Origin: Eledone cirrhosa
Taxonomy: Eukaryota
Length of the DNA stretch: 64,000 nt
Assembly: GCA_964016885.1 (NCBI GenBank)
Contig: OZ024742.1
Location: 242,234,001 to 242,298,000 of the forward strand
Reading direction: 5' to 3'
A program made the position numbers and the translations under genes. The notes below the pieces were generated by a model. It did no database searches and was not told the DNA's origin. It saw only the letters and a program-made list of their open reading frames with translations. Shown here piece by piece: positions 1 to 14,400 of this stretch. How positions within the stretch are numbered: position 1 is the first letter of the stretch; each line of letters opens with the position of its first letter.

Positions 1-136
1 AAATCATGATAAAATCATAACGCCTGTCAAGAAGCCATTACTTCTTTCAGTAAAGTTTTAAAATGTATGGGAAATGTTATACGACATAAATATCAGTATC
101 AACATTAGCTTGATTTTCTGCAGGTAATTGGATATA

Positions 137-371
137 CGTATGTATGTATGTATGTATGTATGTATGTATGTATGTATGTATGTATGTATGTATGTATGTA
201 TGTATGTATGCATGTATGTGTGTATGTATGATGTGTGCATGTATGCGTGTATGCGTGTATGCGTGTATGCATGTATGCGTGTATGCATGTATGCGTGTAT
301 GCATGTATGCGTGTATGCATGTTATAGGTGTACAAAAGTCTTTTGTATGCACATATACACGCATATATACC

Positions 372-414
<43 letters not shown>

Positions 415-450
415 CTGCGTGGTCTGTGTGTGTGTATGTGTGTGTGTGTG
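137..450. repeat. Compound microsatellite (TATG)n / (TATGCG)-like / (TA)n / (TG)n
   Basis: Directly visible simple repeats. They generate the spurious MYVC/IHTY ORFs. Confidence 0.95.
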
Positions 451-929
451 TAGCAATATCCGTAGGTGTGAGGAGGGAGGACAGCAGAAATATTATATTA
501 TTTATTTATGTTCATTCCCGGAACGAAAGCTCTACTCAAGGTTTCAAGGCTCAAATTTGATCATACCTCCAGAATACAAGAGGCATCAAATTAATTACCT
601 TTTTTCGGGCGATTATACGAGCTTACAAGTTACCGTTTAAAGTAAAGCGTGCGATAAATACGTATTTACGAAAAAAAGTATTATAACAAGTGGAAATAAC
701 TAAGATGTGAATTTGAGACCACTCATGTGTTTCTGTTCATATACTATTACAGTTGTATTGTATTATGCGGTGAAATGTAATATAGAAATGGTAATATTTA
801 TCAAAGTATGGAACAGAGTTGTATAGACATTGTATTGTATTACGTGAACGTGGAAAGAGAAAGAGAAAGAGAAAGCTATAACGGACATATATAAGTCAAA
901 TTAATGTGGTTGGAAATCATTCAAATTTG

Positions 930-2093
<1,164 letters not shown>

Positions 2094-2099
2094 GGCTAA

Positions 2100-2295
2100 C
2101 TGAATACACATGAGTTCCTTTCTTTTCTTTATTACAATCTGTCGTTCTATTTCATCTTTAATTTCTCATTGTATCTTCTGATGAAGACTAATGCCAGAAA
2201 CCTAAAACCACTTTTCTTATTATATCAAGCATTTAAACTAACAGTTCTTCATTTTACTGTGTTCGTAGGTTGTTGCTTCCGTTTAATTTTTCCAT
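2100..2295 (+). mobile_element. Decayed Penelope-like pseudo-LTR fragment with degenerate hammerhead motif
   Basis: tatcttCTGATGAagactaatgccaGAAAcct at 2172-2203 is homologous to the better-preserved motif at 54572-54609 (-). T-rich and flanked by microsatellites. Confidence 0.5.
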
Positions 2296-2480
2296 ACACT
2301 CAGACAGACACACAGACACACATACATACACTCATATATGTATGTATGTGTGTATGTATGTATAAATGTATGTATGTATTTGCATGTGTGGAATTTACAA
2401 CAGAAATATCTTATAAATTCCTTCTCAAATCTTGGCTTTTTTACTTATTATGAATGCACTGCTACTTTTTACTCATACAT

Positions 2481-2662
2481 GTGAATTGGCAGTATCGGTA
2501 GAGGGTCGGACATGCTTTCCAGCATAGCTACGTCCCTTTACGATCTGAATTCAAATCCGCTCGAGGTTAACTTTACCTTTCATCCTTCGAGGTCGATAAA
2601 ATAAAGTACCAGTAATGTACTGTATAATTGCTGGCCTTGTGCCAAAAGTAGAAACAATTATT
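2481..2662 (+). mobile_element. tRNA-derived SINE, family A, short form
   Basis: A-box-like TGGCAGTATCGG, B-box-like G(A)TTCAAATCC, core CTTTCATCCTT..GGTCGATAAAATAAAGTACCAG, tail GCTGGCCTTGTGCC.AAAGTAGAAACAATTA. About 26 copies in the window. Confidence 0.9.
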
Positions 2663-2667
2663 TTGGT

Positions 2668-2798
2668 TACTTAGGGTAGTAGAGTGGGTAATAGGAAAAA
2701 AATCAGGACCCCGACGGCTGAGCTCCGGCCGTTTCGACAGCTAGATCCGAACTCGTATCTAGCTGTCGAAATGGCCGGTGCTCAGTCCTGACCCTTTT

Positions 2799-2802
<4 letters not shown>
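2668..2802 (-). mobile_element. (TA)n-associated long-hairpin element, copy 1 (unclassified non-autonomous element)
   Basis: Homologous to 42961-43170 in reverse orientation. Inverted repeat ctgagctccggccgtttcgacagctagat/atctagctgtcgaaatggccggtgctcag, ending at (TA)n. Confidence 0.7.
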
Positions 2803-2848
<46 letters not shown>

Positions 2849-3588
2849 GTTGTTTCTGCATATGCTGCGTGTGTAATCTTTTTGTGTGTATGTGTTTTGT
2901 TTCTCTTTTTGCAATGCTGCCACTATATAGATGATCTATATAAAATATCCTTGCAGAAATGTAAAAGTAGACGGAGCCGCCTGTGTGAATTCGGCTCCAT
3001 ATCTAGGCAGAGACATATATATGGGTAGTACTCCAAATTATACATTATCATACCAATATTTAAGGATTACCATACTTTTGTTACTCTGTTAAATTTGCTT
3101 ACGGCGCTATTTGTACGGCAACATTCATGAAAAAATACCATGATTCAGTATCACTTGAAGACACTGTTATTGCTATTGAAATATTTCCCCTGATGCGATT
3201 ACTATATAACGATAAAACGACAAATTATTAGGCGTTGATATTTAGTTCAATATACCCAGCAGGCATAACAAACGAAAGTGTACATCTATTGTATTTACAC
3301 TTCAATAGTGAAATCACCGACCAGGTATATTGATCTTCACTTTGATGATTTCGAGGCTGTACTTGGAAAAAATGAAACTTCAATAATTTCGAAAATTAAT
3401 ATCTGAAATATTTTCATTTTTATTTCCTGGCTAGTCGGTGAATCTACAAACCGATTAGATTTGTTGTTGCTGATGTTTAGCTCTAGGTTTTAATTAAACA
3501 TCTATATTCAATGGCATTCCAGCAACGGCTATATGTACTTTTATAATTCGAACATAGTTTCTCTGTAGACTATATTATTAAATAGCAA

Positions 3589-3773
3589 TGGATTGGCAGT
3601 ATCGGCAGAGGTACAGACGCCATGCTTTTCAGCATAGAGTTGCAGCCCTTTTGGGTCTGAGTTCAAATCCCGCCTTGGTTAACTTTGCCTTTCATCCTTA
3701 CAGGGTCGATAAAATAAAGCACCAGTGATGCACTGGGATAATTGCTGGCCTTGTGCCAAAAGTAGAAACAATT
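3589..3773 (+). mobile_element. SINE family A, short form
   Basis: Same A/B boxes, core and tail as 2481-2662. Confidence 0.9.
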
Positions 3774-4490
3774 GATAAATGCTGCTTTCCCGTTTTCTAA
3801 GCAAGGGTGAAGTGGTCTGTAGAGGATATGATTGTTATTTCTTGCGAGTTGCGCATCATGTTAAAAGATCTAAAAAGATCTGTTTTCCTTCAATTATTTC
3901 TCATATTTTAAATTTTCGGCGGTTGAGGATGCGTTCGGGAAACAGTCTACTTCAATTCAGAACATTTGAAAGATGTACGAAGTGCAATTATACAATTATG
4001 AAGTGTATTTGTTAAGGATAGTAACTGACAAACATAGACATTATTACTAGAATTGTAGTGCAAATGTTTAGTATATCGATCTGAAAACGAACTGAAATCC
4101 TTCTAGAATGACAGAAATGGGCTGCCGTATTCCTATATATAGACATGTTTTGTCCCTATAGACATACTACCACTACTACTGTTACGATAAAATTTAGAAC
4201 ACTACGTCTCAGCAAAAGAGGTGTCCCTTCTGTTGCTCTCTACGACGCACGATTGAACCATCTCTTTTCTCAAAAGGTATTTTCATATCTTTCCACTCTG
4301 TTCCATCTTTGTTTTCTCTCCCGTTCTAACCCACCCCCCTTTCATCTTCACTATCTTTCTGTCTCTCTTTACCTTACTCTCTCAATCATATCACCAAATA
4401 GGAGCCTATCTGATTTTCTGCATCTCAACCCCATTTTTGTAAACTTATATAATATATATATATCAGGGTGGATTCAGTTAGAAACGGGTT

Positions 4491-4586
4491 AGACCATTAC
4501 TCACCAGAGTACTCAATACTTGGAGTAGTAGGGTATGGTTATATGAATGAGCCAGGATCCCGTCGGCAGAGCTCTTACCGTTTCGA
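4491..4586 (-). mobile_element. (TA)n-associated long-hairpin element, copy 2 (diverged, partial)
   Basis: gaccattactcaccagagtactcaatacttggagtagtag...caggatcccgtcggcagagctcttaccgtttcga aligns to the reverse complement of 43037-43140. Confidence 0.6.
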
Positions 4587-4884
4587 ATATATATACATAT
4601 AGTCATGAAGCGTCTGCATCTTGTATGTGGTCATTAAACCTACAGGCATTGTACTGCAGGTTTGGATAAATGCAGAATATTTGCATGCTTTATCTCTCCT
4701 ATTTGCATCTAAACCCAGTGTATATAACTAACCACCGTTTATAACGAATATACCCTTATATACTGATCTATTTTATCAGCTGTTACATTTTTCGTTTTTC
4801 CTTTATATATTATGTATTTATTATTTTACTTTATCATTATTTATTATTTTAATTATTAATAGATATTATTATTAACTATTATTT

Positions 4885-5272
4885 GACGGTGGATTGGCAG
4901 TATCGGTGGAGGGTCGGACGCCATGCTTTCCAGCATAGTTACGTCCCTTTACGATCTGAGTTCAAATCCTGCCGAGGTTGACTTTGCCTTTCATCCTTAC
5001 GGGGTCGATAAAATAAAGTACCAGTAATGAACTGGTTAATTGCTGGCCTTGTGCCTAAAGTAGAAACAATTATTAACTATTATTTGGTGGATTGGCAGTA
5101 TCGGTAGAGGGTCGGACGCCAGGCTTTCTAGCATAGTTACGTTCCTTTACAGTCTGAGTTCAAATCCCGCCGAGGTTAACTTTGCCTTTCATCCTTTCGG
5201 GGTCGATAAAATAAAGTACCAGTAATGTACTGGGTAATTGCTGGCCTTGTGCCTAAAGTAGAAACAATTATT
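4885..5272 (+). mobile_element. Two tandem SINE family A copies (4885-5073, 5085-5272)
   Basis: Two full copies separated and flanked by the same motif tattaactatt (4870, 5071, 5269). Confidence 0.9.
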
Positions 5273-6890
5273 AACTATTGTTTATCAGTTAATGTTATTT
5301 CAGCATGGTCCTCCTTCTAGAACAGAACAACAAATATTCAAGTACATATTGCCTATAGTAATTCAATATACCCATTTTACCTTACATAATTTTTAACTCA
5401 TCAACTTACAGTGTAATTGATTCATCTTATCTCCTGTTGTTTTGATATTGTGAAATTATATAGAATAAGATAATACCAAGTCCGTGAAATTGCTAAATCC
5501 AGATAATATTAATAATGGCATGCTAGAGTGGTAAGCGATGTGATTAGCTTGTTTCAGTCGCAGCCAAACGATTCATATCACAGGCTTTTAGAGCATTTTC
5601 ACCGATAGCAGATTTTGCAGTTAATCTGCATAAGAGCCTAATAGGTTTACGTCTTATATCTAGAAGAAAGTAGCTTAGCAAACTTCTGTGCAGAATTATA
5701 TATTAGAAAACTCAATAAACGTTACAATATAATATAGTATAATATTTCATATAATTCATTTGTAAATTTCTGCAATGTAGCTAGACGTCGTTTGTTTCGT
5801 AAAGAGAATTTGATTTTATAAGTGCATCCATTAGACTGGTAAACCACCACGTCGATGTAAATTACGGTTCAGTAATATTCCATGTCAATGGACATTCAGT
5901 AGTGATGGTGATGAAATTGAGATGCATTGCTGACCCTATGTTGGTGATATTGACAGATGTAAAGCTGTAATATCGATGACAATGGTTGTTCATCATCATC
6001 ATCATTAAATTAAAGAAAGACAATAAGATGGCAATCACTATCAAATATTTGCTATAGCTAGTAGACTCGGCAACTGTGATAAGATTGACAAGGAATTTTC
6101 AATTTTTGTAATAAGAGAATTAAATATTTTTCATTTTAACATCAGAAAATTCAATTTTGCTTTCATTATTTGTTTTAAGCAAATCAAAATAGTGCTTATT
6201 GTTGCACTTTTGCATCTTCTCTAAAGAATGATTTAAATCTGTTCAATAAACTTAGATGACGTATCTGTAATCCAGAATCGAAATCAGACTAGAGATTCGT
6301 CGTACTGGAAGCCATGTTCTATTCTAATTTGCTTCAGTGTAAGACAAGATATTAAGACATAATCAAAGATTTATACTTTTCAATTTATTTCGAATAATTA
6401 GTCCTAGTAGGTTTATCATTCAGGGCTTTTGAATCACAACAGGACTGCAAACAAAATGTTCACACATAAGTCGATTAAATTCCATGATATATATCATCAA
6501 TTAATTAGAATTTTCTATAATTCAGTAAAATATAGAAGTATATAATCTCACCATTCTTTTAGGATATTTGAGAGAATTTAGAATTGAATATTTTACTCCC
6601 GGCACAATATGTAATATACAGTATGCTCTAATTTCTGAATTCCTAGAAACTAAATTCCTTACAAGATTACAAATTAATATTTGGATAGTTTATTCAGTGT
6701 TGTGGGACAGGCCCCAATAATTCCCATTGCTTATATCTTATCTACTGAATCTGTTCGAGGCAAAACTCAATTAGTGTTGTCTCAATACAAACAACGTTGG
6801 TGCCACTAGCACAATGTCATACCATGCTTTCTACATTAATTCTCAGTCCTGAAAACCTTTTATTATATTTCATATTTTCTATTGTTCCAG

Positions 6891-7089
6891 ATGCACACTG
6901 CAGTAGACCAGCATGGTATTCAACTATTTGGCCGCATGCGACAGTTTTTAGTGAGCAGAAAATTAACAAATTTATGCGAGGAGGCTCAGCTTCTTCTTAC
7001 AGAACACGTAGCATTGGCAGATAAAGTAAATTCCTTTCAACTGCAGCTAGGCGAGAAGGCTCTTTTCTGTGCGAGCATTTTGCTTCAAG
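6891..7089 (+). CDS. Internal exon of NR1 (PPAR-like) nuclear receptor, ligand-binding domain helices ~5-8
   Basis: Acceptor ttttctattgttccAG, donor G|GTAATT (phase 1). Encodes MHTAVDQHG...LTEHVALADKVNSFQLQLGEKALFCASILLQ, matching the NR1 pattern FA..lN.l.L...E.aLf.A.vl. Splices in frame to 8441 (G+AT = Asp). Confidence 0.85.
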
Positions 7090-8210
7090 GTAATTAATAA
7101 TTCACCACCTTTCTTATAATAAACTATTCTATTTTTGTTTTTATATATACATACTATGTTAAGTATATTTTGATGCGCATGTTGTATAATTGTCTCATAC
7201 CAAAATGCGAGAATCCTGACCTCTTCAGAAACAAATATAAAAAAAGATAACTTCTATACAATGGCTGATTTTGTAACGAGAACAATTTTCGGAACCACCT
7301 GTAGGAATTTTCAACTCGTAAAAAAAAATCACAAGGAAAGAATTTGAAAATCTCGATAATTTTGAAGTTTAATTTAAACGCATCTATATTTTACAATTAA
7401 ATTTATATTCAACCGAGATACATAGAGCAAAGGATATATTCTGTACTAATGGCCAGCTGCTTTAATTTCACATACAAAATCTTATACTTATTGCGAATGT
7501 GTTATTCAATATTAGTTTATGCTATTAAAAGGGCGGATGATTGAAAATACGTTTTCTTAAAAATTAAGATGCATTTGCTTCTTGCGTAAAGAAATTCAGG
7601 CTCTTCACTGAATTTTTCTGCTATAGAACTTGTAGATATATATACCACCGTTGCTTGTGGAAATTTTATCAACTCGACTGTATTAGTGAAACCTAATAAG
7701 TTTCTAAATGAGATCCTCTTCGACTCAGATTCCAATGATCGCTTCAAGTAATATTGACGATAGTTTGATAAATATAATATAATTCAATTACATAGGGATA
7801 AATTGCGATACATCTGTTAAAGAGCTAAGGGCATAAGCTTTCTTCAAAATACTTAAATACGCTATCTAGAATGGTATAGCATCTACATAAGCAATGTAAT
7901 ATATAACTGTGCTAAGAAATGAATGTACTTCTTTATACAAATATACACATATATGCAAGGCGGGCTATAAAATCGTAAGAAAAAACCTTCGAAGAAGCCT
8001 TCGTTAAACATGTCGGATAATTTTGAGTAACAAGTAATATATCAATTTAATAAGAAATTATATTCATAACCAGTAGAGTGATTAATGAAAACGGATATGT
8101 GCGTGGTCACACATATGTACACACATATATACAGATATACGTACAATTATGCATACATATATACGTGCATATGCCTGTATGTGTGTGTGCGAGTGTGCGC
8201 ATATATATGA

Positions 8211-8251
<41 letters not shown>

Positions 8252-8270
8252 CGCGTGCGTGCGTATGTGT

Positions 8271-8309
<39 letters not shown>

Positions 8310-8440
8310 TATATGTTAGAGTGTGTGTGTTTTGAAAATTATATATGTTTATATACAGACATTTATACACATTTTCACACAAATTTCCTCCCAAAGAAAA
8401 ATGTTGATTAAATGCTCTTTTCTTCTTCCATTTAATATAG

Positions 8441-8694
8441 ATGTCCCTGGACTGCATGAATCTCATAAAATTGAACAAATTCAGTTGGATCTTTTGGATG
8501 CACTTCGACTTGAACTGAAGCACAATCATCCACGCCAGCGCCTCCTTTTTCCAAAGCTGCTCCTACTCATCCCAGATCTTCGTCAAATTACCGAAAATTT
8601 CGGTCGCCATTTGCAAAAAGGTAGTTTCCTCAGCGCCTCTAAAGACTCAGATGTAACCCCACTACTGCGAGAAATATTTGATGTAGGACACTAG
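8441..8694 (+). CDS. Terminal exon of NR1 (PPAR-like) nuclear receptor, ligand-binding domain helices 9-12 including AF-2
   Basis: Pyrimidine-rich acceptor ...tttaatatAG. DVPGLHESHKIEQIQLDLLDALRLELKHNHPRQRLLFPKLLLLIPDLRQI...TPLLREIFDVGH* closely parallels vertebrate PPAR DRPGL..IEDIQ..LL.AL.LQLK.NHP...LF.KLL....DLRQI...HPLLQEIY. Upstream exons were not found in this window. Confidence 0.92.
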
Positions 8695-8798
8695 CACATA
8701 TACTCATTTATAAGCACATACAGACTATTACGTAACTATCAAACCTGAGACTGAGATACTGTTTTACATAAAAACGTGCACACAAGTAAACAAAGCAT

Positions 8799-8799
<1 letters not shown>

Positions 8800-8858
<59 letters not shown>

Positions 8859-8969
8859 GTACATATATATATATATATACATATGTATATATATGTATAT
8901 TACATACATACATTCATACATATATATATATACATGCATGCATACATGCATACATACATGCATGCATAC

Positions 8970-9006
<37 letters not shown>

Positions 9007-9247
9007 CGTGTGTGTGTGTAAGTGTGTATGTGTGTTCGTGAGTGGGCTGTAGAATGAAGTGAGTTAGACAAGGTGACAGGAAGAATTATTTCAATATCTT
9101 TGTTATTGTTGTTATTGATATTCTATGTTCGATCTGCATTGCAATAGCCTTCTATAACACTGTATTCTACAGGCGTACACAGAAGCCCTCACACTCACAC
9201 AGACAGCTACGCATACAAACATATACAAAACACATACACTCACACAC

Positions 9248-9287
<40 letters not shown>

Positions 9288-9420
9288 ACACACACACACG
9301 CACACACAGATATATATATATATATATATAAACACACACACTCACACACAGATATATATAGATATATATATATATAGATATATATAAACACACACACACA
9401 CTCACACACATATATATATG
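8800..9420. repeat. Compound (TA)/(TG)/(CA) microsatellites downstream of the receptor stop codon
   Basis: Directly visible. Includes repeated cacacaga(ta)n-aacacaca modules at 9236-9418. Confidence 0.9.
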
Positions 9421-9447
9421 CTTTTATATATATATATATATAAACAA

Positions 9448-9530
9448 AGAAAGTGTGGTAAGGAACCAGGTGGATGTAGTTATCGAAACGGCTGGAGCTC
9501 AGCCGTCGGGGTCCTGACTATTTTCCTATA
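9448..9530 (-). mobile_element. (TA)n-associated long-hairpin element, copy 3 (internally deleted)
   Basis: gtggtaaggaaccaggtgga (tail end) is joined to tcgaaacggctggagctcagccgtcggggtcct...ttcctata (hairpin arm). (TA)n on both sides. Confidence 0.65.
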
Positions 9531-10219
9531 TATATATATATATAAATACACATACAAATGTATCGAAACCTCTCTCACAAATTCATATAGCTTCATTTTC
9601 TATCAGTAAAAAATTACACATTTATCGATATAATTTATTACATTGACGATGTATCCTGTAAAAATCAAACAAAGTGAATTAAAGTGTAAATACACTGCCA
9701 TCTACTGCTGCATGTATATTATCACATTTAACATCATCACAATCAGTTAGAACAAATATATATATATATGAACGGCAATTGAGAACAGCTGTGAAAACAA
9801 TAACCCACGAAGAGAACATTCAAGAATGCAACATATATCGATACACAAAAATAAATTCTTTTTAAAGCAAATTCTTGCCATTTATGAAATATAAAGAAAA
9901 CTAACAAAAAAAAAAAAAGAACTTTCTTAAGATTTTTTATGGACAAACAATACATTGTATTGCATTTGTAAACGGGCACATTGACATGAGGTGACATCTC
10001 CTGTTGGTACACAAACACACAACTACCACAACCTTCCCATCAATGCACGCAAGTAAATCCGCTTACCTCCCCTTTCCTAACACCTACATAAGAATACCTG
10101 AGATAGTGATAACGGCACCAGAGTAACTTTATCTACTGACTGATGCATCTCACAGGTGATACGGACATTTAACCCTAAAGAAAGAACAATCATAAACGGA
10201 AAAGAAGACAAAAGAATAG

Positions 10220-10532
<313 letters not shown>

Positions 10533-11203
10533 TTGAAATATAACAATGTTAGTTATAATCTCAAAGGTAAAATGTAAATATGTGTGCATGAGAGTAAAAA
10601 TGGCTGTTTGTATGTATAGATGATGCATGGATGGGTGCGCTTGAAAGGAATGAGTGGTTGTTTATTCTGAGAATTTGTTGTGCATATGAGGACAAATGAA
10701 GACATGTAACAGCGTGATATTTGTCATGAAATTGTAAAAGGGAAAAAAATAAAACAGAAAAAATATAACAGAATTATTTGATGAAATTATTGAAAACAAT
10801 AAAGAAATATCTAATGAAACTTGAAAGATGTTATAATGGTATGTTTTGCAGAGTCAATTCCGTATATATTATATTTTGTTTGCTGTTCTTTGTTGTGCGT
10901 TACGCTTTAAATAACTTTATATTTGGAAAATATATAAGACGTAATCAAACGTTAAACAGGAAGTAACAGTTTAATGAGATTTATATATGTATAATGAATA
11001 ACGAACCATTTGTCTTTCCCTAAGTATTATGATTAGATCGGCTGATTTGGGGATTCTGTAGAATACGAGGTGAATTTATTATCTACGATTAAGTTCTGAT
11101 CTCGAATTTACTTTGCATAAATAGAGAGTTGCTGAAATAATTAAACAGATAGGAACAATCTAATCGATTATTGTCATTTTACAAATTTGAGGTCTTCTAT
11201 CTG

Positions 11204-11415
11204 TATTGATTTCTAGTATAGGCAGAAGGCCAGTAATTCAGGGCATGGGTAAAGTCGATTACATCGATCCCAGTACGTTACTGGTGCTTCATTTTATCGA
11301 CTCCGTAAGGATGAAAGGCAAAGTTAACCATGGCAGGATTTGAACTCACACCGTAAAGAATCATAACTCTATGCTGCAAAGCATGGTGTCCCACTCTCTA
11401 CCGATATTGCCAATC
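11204..11415 (-). mobile_element. SINE family A, long form
   Basis: Reverse complement of the family consensus with the extra GTCGATT..ATCGA-C-rich segment. Confidence 0.85.
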
Positions 11416-11449
11416 TTCTGGGATCTTCTGTCTATATTAGAAATTGTTC

Positions 11450-14400
11450 TAGATTAGTTGAATACAATTAGAATGGTGGATTAATTGAATACAATTAGAA
11501 TGGTGGATTGGTTGAATACAATTAGAATGGTGGATTAGTTGAATACAATTAGAATGGTGGATTGGTTGAATAGAATTAGAATGGTGGATTAGTTGAATAC
11601 AATTAGAATGGTGGATTAGTTGAATACAATTAGAATGGTGGATTAGTTGAATAGAATTAGAATGGTGGATTAGTTGAATAGAATTAGAATGGTGGATTAG
11701 ATGAATACAATTAGAATGGTGGATTAGTTGAATAGAATTAGAATGGTGGATTAGTTGAATACAATTAGAATGGTGGATTAGTTGAATAGAATTAGAATGG
11801 TGGATTAGTTGAATACAATTAGAATGGTGGATTAGTTGAATAGAATTAGAATGGTGGATATATGAATAGAATTAGAATGGTGGATTAGTTGAATAGAATT
11901 TGAATGGTGGATTAGTTGAATACAATTAGAATGGTGGATAATTTGAATACAATTAGAGTGGTGGATTAGTTGAATACAATTAGAATGGTGGATTATTTGA
12001 ATAGAAATAGAATGGTGGATTAGTTGAATACAATTAGAATTGTGGATTAGTTGAATACAATTAGAATGGTGGATTATTTGAATACAATTGGAATGGTGGA
12101 TTAGTTGAATATAATTAGAATGGTGGATTAGTTGAATACAATTAGAATGGTGGATTAGTTGAATACAGTTAGAATGGTGGATTAGTTGAATACAGTTAGA
12201 ATGGTGGATTATTTGAATACAATTGGAATGGTGGATTAGTTGAATACAGTTAGAATGGTGGATTATTTGAATACAATTGGAATGGTGGATTAGTTGAATA
12301 CAATTAGAATGGTGGATTGGTTGAATACAATTAGAATGGTGGATTAGTTGAATACAATTAGAATGGTGGATTAGTTGAATACAGTTAGAATGGTGGATTA
12401 TTTGAATACAATTGGAATGGTGGATTAGTTGAATACAATTAGAATGGTGGATTGGTTGAATACAATTAGAATGGTGGATTAGTTGAATACAATTAGAATG
12501 GTGGATTGGTTGAATAGAATTAGAATGGTGGATTAGTTGAATACAATTAGAATGGTGGATTAGTTGAATAGAATTAGAATGGTGGATTAGTTGAATACAA
12601 TTGGAATGGTGGATTAGTTGAATACAATTAGAATGGTGGATTAGTTGAATACAATTAGAATAGTGGATTAGTTGAATACAATTAGAATGGTGGATTAGTT
12701 GAATACAATTAGAATGGTGGATTAGTTGAATACAATTAGAATGGTGGATTGGGTGAATACAATTAGAGTGGTGGATTAGTTGAATAGAATTAGAATGGTG
12801 GATTAGTTGAATACAATTAGAATGGTGGATTAGTTGAATAGAATTACAATGGTGGATTAGTTGAATAGAATTAGAATGGTGGATTAGTTGAATACAATTA
12901 GAATGGTGGATTAGTTGAATAGAATTAGAATGGTGGATTAGTTGAATACAATTAGAATGGTGGCTTAGTTGAATATAAATAGAATGGTGGATTAGTTGAA
13001 TAGAATTTTAGTTGAATACAATTAGAATGGTGGATTAGTTGAATATAAATAGATTGGTGGATTAGTTGAATATAAATAGAATGGTGGATTAGTGGAATAC
13101 AATTAGAATGATGGATTAGTTGAATACAATTAGAATGGTGGATTAGTTGAATAGAATTAGAATGGTGGATTAGTTGAATACAATTAGAATGGTGGATTAG
13201 TTGAATACAATTAGAATGGTGGATTAGTTGAATACAATTAGAATGGTGGATTAGTTGAATAGAATTAGAATGGTGGATTAGTTGAATACAATTAGAATGG
13301 TGGATTAGTTGAATAGAATTAGAATGGTGGATTAGTTGAATACAATTAGAATGGTGGATTAGTTGAATACAATTAGAATGGTGGATTAGTTGAATACAAT
13401 TAGAATGGTGGATTAGTTGAATACAATTGGAATGGTGGATTAGTTGAATACAATTAGAATGGTGGATTAGTTGAATACAATTAGAATGGTGGATTAATTG
13501 AATAGAATTAGAATGGTGGATTAGATGAATACAATTAGAATGGTGGGTTAGTTGAATAGAATTAGAATGGTGGATTAATTGAATACAATTAGAATGGTGG
13601 ATTAGTTGAATAGAATTAGAATGGAGGATTAGTTGAATATAAATAGAATGGTGGATTAGTTGAATACAATTAGAATGGTGGATTAGTTGAATATAAATAG
13701 AACGGTGGATTAGTTGAATAGAATTAGAATGGTGGATTAGTTGAATACAATTAGAATGGTGGATTAGTTGACTAGAATTAGAATGGTGGATTAGTTGAAT
13801 AGAATTAGAGTGGTGGATTAGTTGAATACAATTAGAATGGTGGATTAGTTGAATATAAATAGAATGGAGGATTAGTTGAATAGAATTAGAATGGTGGATT
13901 AGTTGAATACAATTAGAATGGTGGATTAGTTGAATACAATTAGAATGGTGGATTAGTTGAATACAATTAGAATGGCGGATTAGTTGAATACAATTAGAAT
14001 GGTGGATTAGTTGAATACAATTAGAATGGTGGATTGGTTGAATAGAATTAGAATGGTGGATTAGTTGAATACAATTGGAATGGTGGATTAGTTGAATACA
14101 ATTAGAATGGTGGGTTAGTTGAATATAATTAGAATGGTGGATTAGTTGAATACAATTAGAATGGTGGATTAATTGAATAGAATTAGAATGGTGGATTAGA
14201 TGAATACAATTAGAATGGTGGGTTAGTTGAATAGAATTAGAATGGTGAATTAATTGAATACAATTAGAATGGTGGATTAGTTGAATAGAATTTGAATGGA
14301 GGATTAGTTGAATATAAATAGAATGGTGGATTAGTTGAATAGAATTAGAATGGTGGATTAGTTGAATACAATTAGAATGGTGGATTAGTTGAATAGAATT

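Noticed and set aside
58-640. ORFs rich in MYVC/IHTY/IY (also at 8-10.6 kb, 43.3-43.9 kb, 46.2-49.1 kb and 52.9-55.0 kb)
   Set aside because: Translations of stop-free microsatellites, open on both strands, with no domain content.
2968-3005. Hairpin ggagccg..cggctcc followed by CTAG (Helitron 3' end?)
   Set aside because: Single copy, atypical spacing, and no matching 5' end identified.
5303-5390. Possible upstream receptor exon after tttcag (HGPPSRTEQQIFKYILPIV)
   Set aside because: No recognisable LBD signature (FAK.IPGF..L...DQ..LLK) and no convincing donor site.
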